The translations under genes were made by a program, and so were the position numbers. A stretch of 50,870 nt of DNA from a virus (lineage: Duplodnaviria; Caudoviricetes): the IMG/VR virus record IMGVR_UViG_3300042561_000324, positions 1 to 50,870 of that record; one strand, 5' to 3'. How positions within the stretch are numbered: position 1 is the stretch's first letter; each line of letters begins with the position of its first letter. Positions 29,074 through 39,002 of the stretch are shown one piece after another. The notes under the pieces were generated by a model that saw only the letters and a program-made list of their open reading frames with translations, did not search any database and was not told the DNA's origin.

Positions 29074-29098
29074 TGGATTAATTTACGAAAGGTAATAT

Positions 29099-30454
29099 AT
29101 GGCAGTCATCCCACAAATCAGCTATGGAATCCCCGCTATGGATTATGGCGCGTTGACAAAAAGTCTTTCTGATCTTGGTCAACAAGTGGGTCAAGCACTT
29201 GCTGCAAAAGAATACCAGAAGCAAGCGCAAGCTGCTCTTCCAGCATTTCAAGAAGCCATGAAGTCATTTGAATCGGGGGATAGCAGTGGTGGGTATTCAG
29301 CAATCGTATCGCTTGCAGCGCAAAATCAATCTAACCCATACGTTCAAAACCTAGCAAATCTGGCAATGATGGGCGGTAAGGCTATTGATGATAATAGGTA
29401 TAAAACAATGCGGGTAGCAGCATCAGCTCTGCGGGCTGGCGGTGGATTGCCATCTATGAGTTCACAAGAAGATGTATTACTTGGAGGAGAAGATGGCGGC
29501 GGATACCAAGTCCCAGATGAAGCCACGCCAATTAGCGGTGGAGCAGGAACAGAAATGGATGCTATAATAGTTGATGGTGAGCAATTGCCAACCAAACAGC
29601 CTCAAGCAACAGAAGAAGAAGAAATCGGAAATCTAACTGACATCTTGAAGAAAAAGGCTGCTGAAATTTCAAATCCATCATATAGGAAAGCGATTGAAGA
29701 TTCTGCTGAAAATCCCCCTACAGTAACTGAATTTAAAGATTTACGTAGATTGGCTGAACAATATTTGGCTCAAGACGAAAATCAGAAGAAGAACTATCTA
29801 CAAAAAAACACGGTAGATATTGCAAGCAATCAAGATGTTATAGCAAACTCTCCTCGCCTTGCAAAATTCTATGAGTTTCCAAATGCTGAAAGGATTCTAG
29901 GACAAGGCATCCGTGGAATGTATCTAAAGCCACCAGTTGAAGCTGAATCAATTGATAAAAAAACTGGTAAGCCAATAATGAAAGCTAAACGAGATGTTGT
30001 TGAGAACTTAAATAAAGTAACAGGAGCCGCAATCAATGTGCTAAATGAAGGAAAAGTTGGAGACTTCATTGCAAATACAGGCGGAGTGTTTAATGCCGAT
30101 TTAACCACAGTAGATGAGCCTGTGCTTGATGAAGATGGTGATGAAATTGGTGAATCAAGATCAGTAACATATATCTTCGACAAGCGAAACCAAAATCGCA
30201 GAATCAAGATTCCAGCAGGCTCGCAAGGAAATGATATTATCGCGGCATTTAGGCAAGTAGCATTGTCTCCGGTTTCAATTCAAGATATTAATAATCGAAA
30301 CGGCATTGCGCAGCTTGTAAGGGTTCCTGTTAAAACACCAGAAGGCCCGACAAGAGAAGGAGCTAAAATGATTCCGCAAGCAGCGCAAGCATCGCAACCA
30401 GTAGATAGAAAGTCTTTACTTGAACAAGCATCCGCTATATTGAATAGGCGATGA
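29099..30454 (+). CDS. Ejection (internal virion) protein
   Basis: Position and composition. Confidence 0.55.
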   Translation: MAVIPQISYGIPAMDYGALTKSLSDLGQQVGQALAAKEYQKQAQAALPAFQEAMKSFESGDSSGGYSAIVSLAAQNQSNPYVQNLANLAMMGGKAIDDNRYKTMRVAASALRAGGGLPSMSSQEDVLLGGEDGGGYQVPDEATPISGGAGTEMDAIIVDGEQLPTKQPQATEEEEIGNLTDILKKKAAEISNPSYRKAIEDSAENPPTVTEFKDLRRLAEQYLAQDENQKKNYLQKNTVDIASNQDVIANSPRLAKFYEFPNAERILGQGIRGMYLKPPVEAESIDKKTGKPIMKAKRDVVENLNKVTGAAINVLNEGKVGDFIANTGGVFNADLTTVDEPVLDEDGDEIGESRSVTYIFDKRNQNRRIKIPAGSQGNDIIAAFRQVALSPVSIQDINNRNGIAQLVRVPVKTPEGPTREGAKMIPQAAQASQPVDRKSLLEQASAILNRR

Positions 30455-33400
30455 ATCTGTCTCTTGAAAAACTCAAAGAGGCGCGAGATGCTGGAATCCC
30501 AGATGATGTTATTTGGGAGGCAGCGGCTAGTGCTGAACCGAAGTTCAATGAACTGAAAAATAATAACATACCTCTTGATGTAGCATTTGAAGCATTTCAA
30601 GGATTTAAACCAGTAGGCACTTCTTTTACTGACAAGCTACAGACAGCTACAGAAGAACTGGAGATGACTATTGCGGATATTCCGCTTGCTCTGGGCGAAG
30701 CATTTTCTGGATTAACAAAAACTGCTCCAGCATCTTTCTATGCAGCCAAAGAAGGACTCGCAAGACCAGACCAATACTCAAAAGAAGCCCTTGCTGCATT
30801 TGATACTCAACGCGAATACTTCAAGCAATTAGAACAACAAGCTAAAACAAGAGAAGCTGAAGGTAAGTCAACTGCTGTTGGTGAAGCGATTCGCGGAGCG
30901 GGGCAAAGCCTTGGGTTTACTGTTGCTGGCATGGCTCCCGCTATTGCTGGTGGAGCGATAACAGGCGCGGCGGCGAGCGCACTATTTCCCCCTGCTGCAT
31001 CTGCAACTATTCCTATTGGTGCTATTGCTGGAGGTATCGGATCAATGGTTGCGTCTGCACCAGTTTCATATCGAATGGCAGGCGGACAATTCCTGTATGA
31101 TGCTTTTAAATCTTTAGAAGAAAGCAAAGGAAGTCCACTTACTGAAGAAGAGAAAACAAAAGCATACAATGAACTTCTTCCTATCGCGCAGAATACAGCA
31201 TTGTGGGAAGCCGGGCCAGAGGCTATCGGAAATGCAGTTCAACTTGGCGCATTGAAATATGCCTTTGGATTTGGAAAGAAAGCGGCAACAAATGTAGCAG
31301 GCCAAGCAATTCAAAAAGCAAATGATACTTTGTTGAAAAAAGTAGGGGCAGTTGCTGGAGGACAAGTAGTTGAACTTGCTGGTGAAACAATTACTCAAAC
31401 ACAGCAAGGCGCAGACCAAGCAAAGATGGAACAATATGTTAAGACTGGTTCTACCGCTGGTGCGCCTGACGAATACCAAGGTCTGGCTGGAGCGGTAAAA
31501 GCATTCAAGGAAGTTGCTCCTACTACATTGGCATTGGGTGCTATTACCGCAGGTGCGGGTGGGGCAGTAAAGGTTGTTGGCATGGGTGGAAAACAAGTTG
31601 GCAAAGTATTATTTTCCAAACCTAAAACTCCAGAGCAAATCGCTGAAGATCAAATAAACGATGCCGCTAATAGGGTAGCAAACGATCTTTCAATTTCACC
31701 AGACGATACGCAAGCCAACAATCTTAACCAACAGATTAAGGCATTGTCTGAAGTTCAAGAGATACGCAAGCAAACATTGGCCGCGATTGAACCCACAAGC
31801 AGAGAAGCACAAACGCTTAAACTTGATATTGCCGAAGGCGAGTCAATGCTTGGTGAGCTTAACCAAAATCTCACAAAGCTGACCGGATTATCGGAACCGA
31901 TAACAGAAGCCGAGCGTCAGCAAGCCGAGTTAGCCAAGGCGATAGTAGAAGAACCAGCCCCAACTGTTAAGGAATCCTTGACAGTTCAGCCTGCACAAGC
32001 TGCACCCGCGCCAGTAGAACAAGTAGTCACGCCACCAGTAGAAGATGTTAAAAAACCAAACATAGAAATCAAAGAAGTTGAAAATGGATTTCAAGTTCTT
32101 GTTGATGGAACTCCGCAATCTGACACGATTTGGGCTACACGCGAAGCCGCCTCACAAGTAGCAAAATCAGAGTATGAATACGAGATGCGGAAAGCAAAAA
32201 AGAAAGCACCCCGCGCAATATCGGAAATGATAATATCTACCTCGCCTGATGGAGATGTTATTTATGAACCTAAAATAAGTGGAGAAATTGGAGATATTAT
32301 ATCAATTAAAGGTGCAATATCTGCATCCAAAGAAGATGGAGAATTTCCTGCAAGAGAAACTCCAAAAGATTATTACAAGCAGGGTGATGTATATCGTCAT
32401 ATTGACGATCCAAGATTCAAAGTTTCTGATACCAATGAAGAAGGCATTGTAAAACTTGCCGAACAAGCAACTGAAAAACTTACAAATAAAGATAATTCAG
32501 CAGCAATTAACGGAATTGAACAACACATGGGAGCATTCAGCAATCCTCAAGCTGCTACAAAAGCTCTCAATCAATATTCTGAAGTTCTTAAACCAATTCA
32601 AGAAGCGCACCGCTCGCTTTTGAGACAGAAATACGGAGATACTGTTACTGTATATAGAGCAGTTGATCCAAACTTTACTCCAAGTCCAAATAGAAATGTT
32701 TCCAGTTGGACTCTTTCAAAAGAAAATGTTGATAAGTTATATTTTGGATTAAAGGATCGCGTGACTCTTACCAAGACAGTCAAGGTAGATGACATTCAAT
32801 TCATGCATAACTGGAGAGAGGCAGAAGTTCTACTGCGAGATGACGCTAAAGATATCGCAGAACCCGCGCCAGTTGAGCCAATCACTCCCGCGCCAGTCAC
32901 CGAGCAAGCTGCGCCAGCAGAAGCTCCCGCGCCAGAGGTTGCGAAACCAACTGGCGGTGTTGATTATTACAAGCAACTTGGTGAACAAGATGCGTTAGAC
33001 ACTAATCGCAAAAAGAAGCGTTCAGTTCCGCAGAACTTTAAACTGGCTTATGAAAATGGATGGTCAGCGGCAAAAAGAAAAGCCAGAGAAGAAGCTCCCA
33101 CCCCCGCAGTATCGGAAACGATAACGGAGCCAAAACTCGGAGAAAAAGGCGGTGTTCTAATCCCTACCAAAGAAGACGTTCGATACAACCCACTTGGATA
33201 CGACATCGCTGATGTTGTTGAAGATATTAAGCAGGGCAAGACAAGCACTCCGCTTAAAGCAGTAAACCAAGTAATCAAAGAATCTACTGATCTTCGCAAG
33301 CGTGTTGCTGCTGAATCTACTCGTCGCCAACAACCGAGAAAGATGGGCAAGGCCGCGATATTGGAGCGAATCGCAAGGGAACGCAGTGCTGGCAACATCA

Positions 33401-36400
33401 ACGAGAATACAGCAAAGGCACTCACAGACTTCATCAATAGGGTTAATGACGATGCGATATGGGATACAGCTATTTCCATCCGCGCAAAGGGAGTCAGCAA
33501 CTATGACTTCGCTGATAACCTCGTCACATTCTTTTTAAACCAAGACAAGGGTGACTTCGGCGCATCTGTAGGCATCCATGAGTTCTGGCACGGGCTGTCT
33601 CGCTTCCTGCCAGACGCTGAAGTTGAGAAGATCAACAATGATTATACCAAAGAACTGGCAGATTACCTTAAAAAGAATCCGTGGTTCTTGGCTTTTGTGG
33701 GAAGATACTCACTGACTCCAGAGCAGTTTGAGGCATACAAGAAGTTCAACCCTAAAGAGGCTGAAACCAAACTCATCCCAGTCAAGGACGAGCAGGGCAA
33801 CATTGTAAAATACAAGATTAAGTTCGATAAGGACAACTACCGCTACATCATGCTGGATGAGTTCATCGCAGAGAAGATGACTGACCTTGTTCTTGGTAAG
33901 CAACAAGAGCCTAATACATTTTTAGGAAAACTCGCCAAGGTATTACGCGAGTTCATGGCATTGATTAAAGCTCGCCTTGGGGTTGATCCATACGAGAAGT
34001 TCTACCAAGCAGTCACATCCACAAACGGCAAGCTCGTTCTTCAGAGACAATCTGGTGTCGCTCCAGCAATGCAGATTTACGATCCAGTTGAATACGATTA
34101 CTCAACTCGCAAGATGGCGGTAGAACCCGAACAGGGTGATGCCCCAATAAAACCAGAAGCAAAAACAATTACAGAAGGATTGGTTCAAGGAATTGATATT
34201 GGAAAAGAAACCAATATGCCAATCAACAATAAGATTGAGAGTCACATTAAGAACTTTGCTTTTGTCCGTGGTATCTTTGAATCTGCGAGCGATAGATTGC
34301 GTAGGGCAAAGTTCACTAAACTGGCTACAGCTATTGATGACTACTACGATCAAGCTCAACGCCGACTTGGTTTCGCCAACAAGATTCTCCTTCCAGCATT
34401 CGAGGAGTATTCCAAGCAATCAAAAGCAACCAAGGCAAAGATTGATGAAGAGGTCAAAATGTTCTTTGCGGCACAAGAAAACAAGCGAGATACCGCTGAA
34501 TTCTTTGATGACTTGAATCCAATTACGCAGAAGATCGTTACTGCTTGGCAGAAGTTTGGTGAAGAATCTGGAAAAGAAAACCAAAGGATCGGGATTAAAG
34601 TATATGATAAGGGTTTGCAGAGATGGAGACCAATTGGAAGAGTGGATAAGTTTTGGCCTCGCGTTCTAAAGCCAGAGTATAAACGAGCATTGATGGAACC
34701 GGACAAGTATCAGAAAGAATACAACGAGATTGTAGAAGCACTGATGAAGTCTGGGAGAATTGAGAATCCAGAAGAAGCTGAAGTATTTATTTCTGAATAT
34801 GAAGGAACAGGCAGTAAGAACGATTATTTCTCTGGTATAGAAACGGCTCGCGGACAAGCATTCCCAGAAGAACTATACGATTACTCAATGCAAGTGATGA
34901 CGGACTATGCCGCTAGATGGGCGCAGCATAGTAGCCGAATCGAACAATTCGGTCAGAAACTTGGAGAGAATTCAATGACTCTGTGGGATAAGTCAAGAGC
35001 ATCAACAAGAGATCGTAGGACGATTGACTACATTACGGCAGCACAAGAACGAGTCGAAGGATACTATCCGAATGATCCGATTGTAAAAGGCATGGCAACG
35101 CTGAACATTTGGTCAACTGGGCCGCAGCTTGGAAATCCCGCTTCATCCATGTTGAACTTCTTTGGTGGAACAACTCTCAACGCCATGGTTGGACAACCGG
35201 GAGCGTTTTCAAGTTATCTTTCATCTTTTGTGGAACTCCGCAAACTTGGCAAAGAACTCAAAGATGCGAGAGAAAAAGGTATCGTATCCCGTGATTTGAT
35301 GAATATAGTTGGAGATCATCAAGCTGTTCTTGAATACAACCGCATTGCTCAAGCGGGACAAAAAACTACTGACTTCTTGTTGAAGTGGTCTGGGTTTACA
35401 CCAGTAGAACAAATGGTGAGAACTCAAAGTATGATTATCGGAAAATCATTTTTGAGAAAAACACTTTCGAGCTTATCCAAGAATCCCAACAGTTCATTTT
35501 CTAAACGGGCATTAACATGGTTGAACCGAAACAACATTGACGCTGACAAGCTGATCGTTGAAAAAGGTTCTGGGCCAGAGACGGACAAACTGCTCCGTTA
35601 CTTTGCCAATATCTCACAGGGTAGTTACACGATTGCTCAAACTCCAATCTTCATAGATACACCTATCGGAAGATTCCTTTTCAAATATCAGAAGTTTTCT
35701 ACGCAAGTAATGCGTCAAAGCTGGAAGAATACATTTGAGCCAGCATGGAAGGCAGTCACAAACAAGAACGAGACGCTTCAGCTTCCAGACCCAACACGGC
35801 AATTGCTATATCGTTTAAGGTTGGCGGAGGCGAAGGAGCTTGGTGACAATCGTAAGATTACCTTGGACGAGATACCCAAGAAGGTAACGAAAGCGGAAGG
35901 AAAAGCACTCACTATTATTCCGGTGATGATGTGGCTTGGTGCTGCTTACGTTGGCGGCGAAGTTATCCTTCGTATGCGCGATATGCTCTTCGGCGTTCTG
36001 ATGAAAGGGCCAAGCTACGAAGATATCATTCGTGCCTTCGAGGATGACGAAGACGATGACGAGCTTTACCTAGCCCTTGAACGAGCATGGTATAATTTGA
36101 TTGGCATGGGTGCGCTTGGACTCATCGGAAACTACGCACAGTTCTTCATGGATTGGCAGGATCGTGAGCGAGTAAAAAACCCACTTGATCCACCAGCACT
36201 TTCCATATTCAAAGAAACCGCAACATTCATTCAGAATGCAGTAGACCAAGGCACGATTACAGCAGGAGATATTAACAACTACCTTAATCGGACGCTTTCT
36301 GGATACCGAGTTCTCCAGCGAGCATATCAAACAACTGCGAGTTGGCTTGGATATTCAAAAGCTCCAACTGTAGCAGAAGAGATGTTCAGAAGAGAGGCTG

Positions 36401-36807
36401 CTGTAATTAACAAGTATGCTCGTCGATGGGCTGAAAGCGCAGGATTGGAATACAGAACCAAGCGACCAATGGATATTGCGCCAAGCAAAATGACACCAAT
36501 CAATCGTGAGATTGCAAGCTACCTTCAGCGCGGAGAGCCGGGTGCAGCAGTGGCGTATGCAAAAGAGTATTTGAACTCGCTTCCAAAGAAAGAACGAGAA
36601 AACGCAATTCAAAGCATGGAGTCTGGAGCAAGGTTTCGCCAACCATTCCGATTGGGTAACGGGCCAATGGATAAATCAGAGAAGGAAGCATTCACGAAAT
36701 GGCTGAAAGAAAAAGTCAGCAAGGAAGATTTTGATAAATTCCAAAAGCTGGATAAGGACTACAAAAAATCATACAATATGTTTTTGAATGGTCTGCCAAA
36801 CAAATAA
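30451..36807 (+). CDS. Giant ejection / polyvalent protein with ART-like and zincin-like domains
   Basis: 2118 aa; VYR..SSWT..EAE (ADP-ribosyltransferase R-S-E pattern) and HEFWH..DEFIAE (zincin); palindromes at 31888, 32218 and 33109. Confidence 0.75.
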   Translation: MNLSLEKLKEARDAGIPDDVIWEAAASAEPKFNELKNNNIPLDVAFEAFQGFKPVGTSFTDKLQTATEELEMTIADIPLALGEAFSGLTKTAPASFYAAKEGLARPDQYSKEALAAFDTQREYFKQLEQQAKTREAEGKSTAVGEAIRGAGQSLGFTVAGMAPAIAGGAITGAAASALFPPAASATIPIGAIAGGIGSMVASAPVSYRMAGGQFLYDAFKSLEESKGSPLTEEEKTKAYNELLPIAQNTALWEAGPEAIGNAVQLGALKYAFGFGKKAATNVAGQAIQKANDTLLKKVGAVAGGQVVELAGETITQTQQGADQAKMEQYVKTGSTAGAPDEYQGLAGAVKAFKEVAPTTLALGAITAGAGGAVKVVGMGGKQVGKVLFSKPKTPEQIAEDQINDAANRVANDLSISPDDTQANNLNQQIKALSEVQEIRKQTLAAIEPTSREAQTLKLDIAEGESMLGELNQNLTKLTGLSEPITEAERQQAELAKAIVEEPAPTVKESLTVQPAQAAPAPVEQVVTPPVEDVKKPNIEIKEVENGFQVLVDGTPQSDTIWATREAASQVAKSEYEYEMRKAKKKAPRAISEMIISTSPDGDVIYEPKISGEIGDIISIKGAISASKEDGEFPARETPKDYYKQGDVYRHIDDPRFKVSDTNEEGIVKLAEQATEKLTNKDNSAAINGIEQHMGAFSNPQAATKALNQYSEVLKPIQEAHRSLLRQKYGDTVTVYRAVDPNFTPSPNRNVSSWTLSKENVDKLYFGLKDRVTLTKTVKVDDIQFMHNWREAEVLLRDDAKDIAEPAPVEPITPAPVTEQAAPAEAPAPEVAKPTGGVDYYKQLGEQDALDTNRKKKRSVPQNFKLAYENGWSAAKRKAREEAPTPAVSETITEPKLGEKGGVLIPTKEDVRYNPLGYDIADVVEDIKQGKTSTPLKAVNQVIKESTDLRKRVAAESTRRQQPRKMGKAAILERIARERSAGNINENTAKALTDFINRVNDDAIWDTAISIRAKGVSNYDFADNLVTFFLNQDKGDFGASVGIHEFWHGLSRFLPDAEVEKINNDYTKELADYLKKNPWFLAFVGRYSLTPEQFEAYKKFNPKEAETKLIPVKDEQGNIVKYKIKFDKDNYRYIMLDEFIAEKMTDLVLGKQQEPNTFLGKLAKVLREFMALIKARLGVDPYEKFYQAVTSTNGKLVLQRQSGVAPAMQIYDPVEYDYSTRKMAVEPEQGDAPIKPEAKTITEGLVQGIDIGKETNMPINNKIESHIKNFAFVRGIFESASDRLRRAKFTKLATAIDDYYDQAQRRLGFANKILLPAFEEYSKQSKATKAKIDEEVKMFFAAQENKRDTAEFFDDLNPITQKIVTAWQKFGEESGKENQRIGIKVYDKGLQRWRPIGRVDKFWPRVLKPEYKRALMEPDKYQKEYNEIVEALMKSGRIENPEEAEVFISEYEGTGSKNDYFSGIETARGQAFPEELYDYSMQVMTDYAARWAQHSSRIEQFGQKLGENSMTLWDKSRASTRDRRTIDYITAAQERVEGYYPNDPIVKGMATLNIWSTGPQLGNPASSMLNFFGGTTLNAMVGQPGAFSSYLSSFVELRKLGKELKDAREKGIVSRDLMNIVGDHQAVLEYNRIAQAGQKTTDFLLKWSGFTPVEQMVRTQSMIIGKSFLRKTLSSLSKNPNSSFSKRALTWLNRNNIDADKLIVEKGSGPETDKLLRYFANISQGSYTIAQTPIFIDTPIGRFLFKYQKFSTQVMRQSWKNTFEPAWKAVTNKNETLQLPDPTRQLLYRLRLAEAKELGDNRKITLDEIPKKVTKAEGKALTIIPVMMWLGAAYVGGEVILRMRDMLFGVLMKGPSYEDIIRAFEDDEDDDELYLALERAWYNLIGMGALGLIGNYAQFFMDWQDRERVKNPLDPPALSIFKETATFIQNAVDQGTITAGDINNYLNRTLSGYRVLQRAYQTTASWLGYSKAPTVAEEMFRREAAVINKYARRWAESAGLEYRTKRPMDIAPSKMTPINREIASYLQRGEPGAAVAYAKEYLNSLPKKERENAIQSMESGARFRQPFRLGNGPMDKSEKEAFTKWLKEKVSKEDFDKFQKLDKDYKKSYNMFLNGLPNK

Positions 36808-36809
36808 CC

Positions 36810-36837
36810 TTGACGCTCGCCGAGGCTGATGTATCCT
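36810..36837 (+). promoter_or_regulatory. Sigma70-like promoter for a short transcript
   Basis: TTGACG, 16-bp spacer, TATCCT. Confidence 0.45.
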
Positions 36838-36880
36838 AGCTCCGCAGGTTGATTCTGCATTCGTGTTATTCATAAGGTTG

Positions 36881-36915
36881 ACGCACCTCTGGAGAAATCT
36901 GGGGGTGCGTTTCTT
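36881..36915 (+). terminator. Rho-independent terminator ending the structural operon
   Basis: ACGCACCTCTGGA-GAAA-TCTGGGGGTGCGT followed by TTCTT. Confidence 0.75.
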
Positions 36916-36916
36916 G

Positions 36917-36932
36917 TTATCGGAACCGATAA
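36917..36932. promoter_or_regulatory. Dispersed palindrome TTATCGGAACCGATAA
   Basis: Perfect arms; between the terminator and the next promoter. Confidence 0.9.
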
Positions 36933-36962
36933 AAATATTTTCTAAAAAGTATTAAAAATCTA

Positions 36963-36990
36963 TTGACACGATTATCGTGGGATGTAGATT
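36963..36990 (+). promoter_or_regulatory. Sigma70-like promoter for the recombination operon
   Basis: AT-rich upstream tract, TTGACA, 16-bp spacer, TAGATT. Confidence 0.65.
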
Positions 36991-37026
36991 CGACCTCCGA
37001 CAGCACAACACCTGTCGAAAAACACA

Positions 37027-37242
37027 ATGAAAGAAACACCAAAAGTAAAAGCAGAATCAGCAGAGAAACCCGTAGTTCATAACATTGATCTTCAGCGTGA
37101 GATTTTTCTCCGCTTGATTTCGTCAGCGGCGGCAGACGGACGATTCCTTCTCGGAAATCTTCCAAATGCTAATGCAGTAGTAAAGCAAGGCGACCATCTT
37201 CGCGGAGTCTCGGAACTCCTCGCTAACTGCTTCGAGAAATGA
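37027..37242 (+). CDS. Hypothetical protein
   Basis: 71-aa ORF after the promoter. Confidence 0.65.
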   Translation: MKETPKVKAESAEKPVVHNIDLQREIFLRLISSAAADGRFLLGNLPNANAVVKQGDHLRGVSELLANCFEK

Positions 37243-37287
37243 GTGACGATATTTATCGAATCATTCGACCCTCTGACGAACCAGACA

Positions 37288-38160
37288 ATGACGATAACGA
37301 ATAACTACGATTTGCCAGCCCCCATGTATCGGGCGTTGGCACACGATGGGTATACACCCGGCACGAAGAAGGCAGACATCTCGGTGACTACCTTAATCGG
37401 GCCACCGAAGATCAACCAACTCAAGAAACGCTACTCTGACCAGATCGTAGAAGACGCATCCGACAGGGTGTGGGCATTGCTCGGTCAGTCGGTGCATAAG
37501 GTTCTTGAGTTAGCTGGAGGAGAGGAAGAGCTTACTGAAAAGCGTCTCTACTTGGATATCAATGACTGGACGCTGACCGGACAGACTGACCTCTACGAGA
37601 CTGGCAATCAGACTATCTCCGACTTCAAGGTAACATCGGTCTTTTCCTTCCTGCTCGGCGGCAAGTCTGAATGGGAGGCGCAGATCAATCTGAATGCCAT
37701 GCTCTGGAGAAGCTATGGATACAAAGTTAAGAAAGGTCAGATCGTCGCCATTCTCCGTGACTGGCAGGCAAGCAAGGCAGAGTTTGACAAAGAGTATCCT
37801 CAATGTGCAGTCCACATTGTTGACATTCCTCTTTGGGATAACGAAGAGTGCATCGCCTACGCTACGGAACGGATCAAACTCCACCAAGCGGCGGCTGAAA
37901 TGCCAGACGATACGATCCCGTGCTGTGATCCAAAGGAACGCTGGGCAAAACCAGATACCTTTGCCATCAAGAAGGACGGGAACAAACGAGCAGCCAAAGT
38001 GTGCGAGACCTTGGAGGAAGCAGAGAACCTGCTACCTACCTATGGGCCGAAGCACAGCATAGAGAAACGAAGCGGTGGGGATATGCGATGCGAGCGTTAT
38101 TGCTCCGTAGCCCCCTTCTGCCACTACTACAAATCAACCTATAACAAACCAAATGAGTAA
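37288..38160 (+). CDS. PD-(D/E)XK exonuclease (RecB/Cas4-like)
   Basis: GQSVH, TGQTDLY, ISDFK, Q.NLN, C-terminal RCERYCSVAPFC. Confidence 0.85.
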   Translation: MTITNNYDLPAPMYRALAHDGYTPGTKKADISVTTLIGPPKINQLKKRYSDQIVEDASDRVWALLGQSVHKVLELAGGEEELTEKRLYLDINDWTLTGQTDLYETGNQTISDFKVTSVFSFLLGGKSEWEAQINLNAMLWRSYGYKVKKGQIVAILRDWQASKAEFDKEYPQCAVHIVDIPLWDNEECIAYATERIKLHQAAAEMPDDTIPCCDPKERWAKPDTFAIKKDGNKRAAKVCETLEEAENLLPTYGPKHSIEKRSGGDMRCERYCSVAPFCHYYKSTYNKPNE

Positions 38161-38950
38161 CCAACTAGACGGAATCGAACAGAAAGACATCATCAAACGA
38201 GTGACTGGTAAGGTCACTAAATTGTGGGAAGCCAAGACCTTTACTGGCCCGAAGGGTGAGTTTGTCATCCAAGGCGGAGAGATTGAGATCGACGGGCAGA
38301 CATACGGCCTCAAGTTCTTCAACAACACACAGGAGCAATCCATCAAGGGCAATGTAGTCACGCTCTCTTCAGTCCGTGGAAAGCATGGTCTGACCGGAGT
38401 GTCGTTGGAGCATGAGTCCTACGAAGGCAAGAATGGGAAGGTAGATCGTGACATCATCAAGGTCACAGCTACTGGAAAGATTGAGTTCGACCAGCCCAGC
38501 GAAGAGCCTGCCCGTGTAGCAAAATCCGCTACACCTACCGATAATCCAGAGAGGGCGATTGATGAGATCGTAGACTTGCACCGCTTCATAAATAGTTTGG
38601 TGCGCCACACCTACAAAGATGTGGAGGATGAAGAGACCCTTCGATCCTATGTATCGTCGGTCTTCATCGAAGCTAACCGCAAAGGAATCCGATACGCAAA
38701 GTCTTCTCCCAAGGTAGAGGAACCTAAAGAGGAACCGAAGGAAGAACTCGATCCAGCGGACTGGGCATCAGCTATTGTCCCATCTGGATCACAGAAGGGC
38801 AAGAAGCTCGCCGAGATTGGCAAGCCTGCGCTCACTAAACTCTATGAGTATTACTTGGAGAAAGGGTTCACTACTCCATTCGCCAAGTGCGTTGAGCAAG
38901 CCGCCGAAGACCTTCAACTCGATAGTCCAGCAGACGATATCCCATACTAA
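38153..38950 (+). CDS. Probable ssDNA-binding protein
   Basis: OB-fold-like N-terminus and acidic DDIPY tail, next to the exonuclease. Confidence 0.6.
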   Translation: MSNQLDGIEQKDIIKRVTGKVTKLWEAKTFTGPKGEFVIQGGEIEIDGQTYGLKFFNNTQEQSIKGNVVTLSSVRGKHGLTGVSLEHESYEGKNGKVDRDIIKVTATGKIEFDQPSEEPARVAKSATPTDNPERAIDEIVDLHRFINSLVRHTYKDVEDEETLRSYVSSVFIEANRKGIRYAKSSPKVEEPKEEPKEELDPADWASAIVPSGSQKGKKLAEIGKPALTKLYEYYLEKGFTTPFAKCVEQAAEDLQLDSPADDIPY

Positions 38951-39002
38951 TTCCCCCACCCTGTTCCTCCCAGAACAATCAACCTAATAACATACAACCA
39001 AA

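Noticed and set aside
37288-38160. Cas4-like nuclease as evidence of a CRISPR system
   Set aside because: Stand-alone phage exonuclease next to an SSB; no array or other cas genes.
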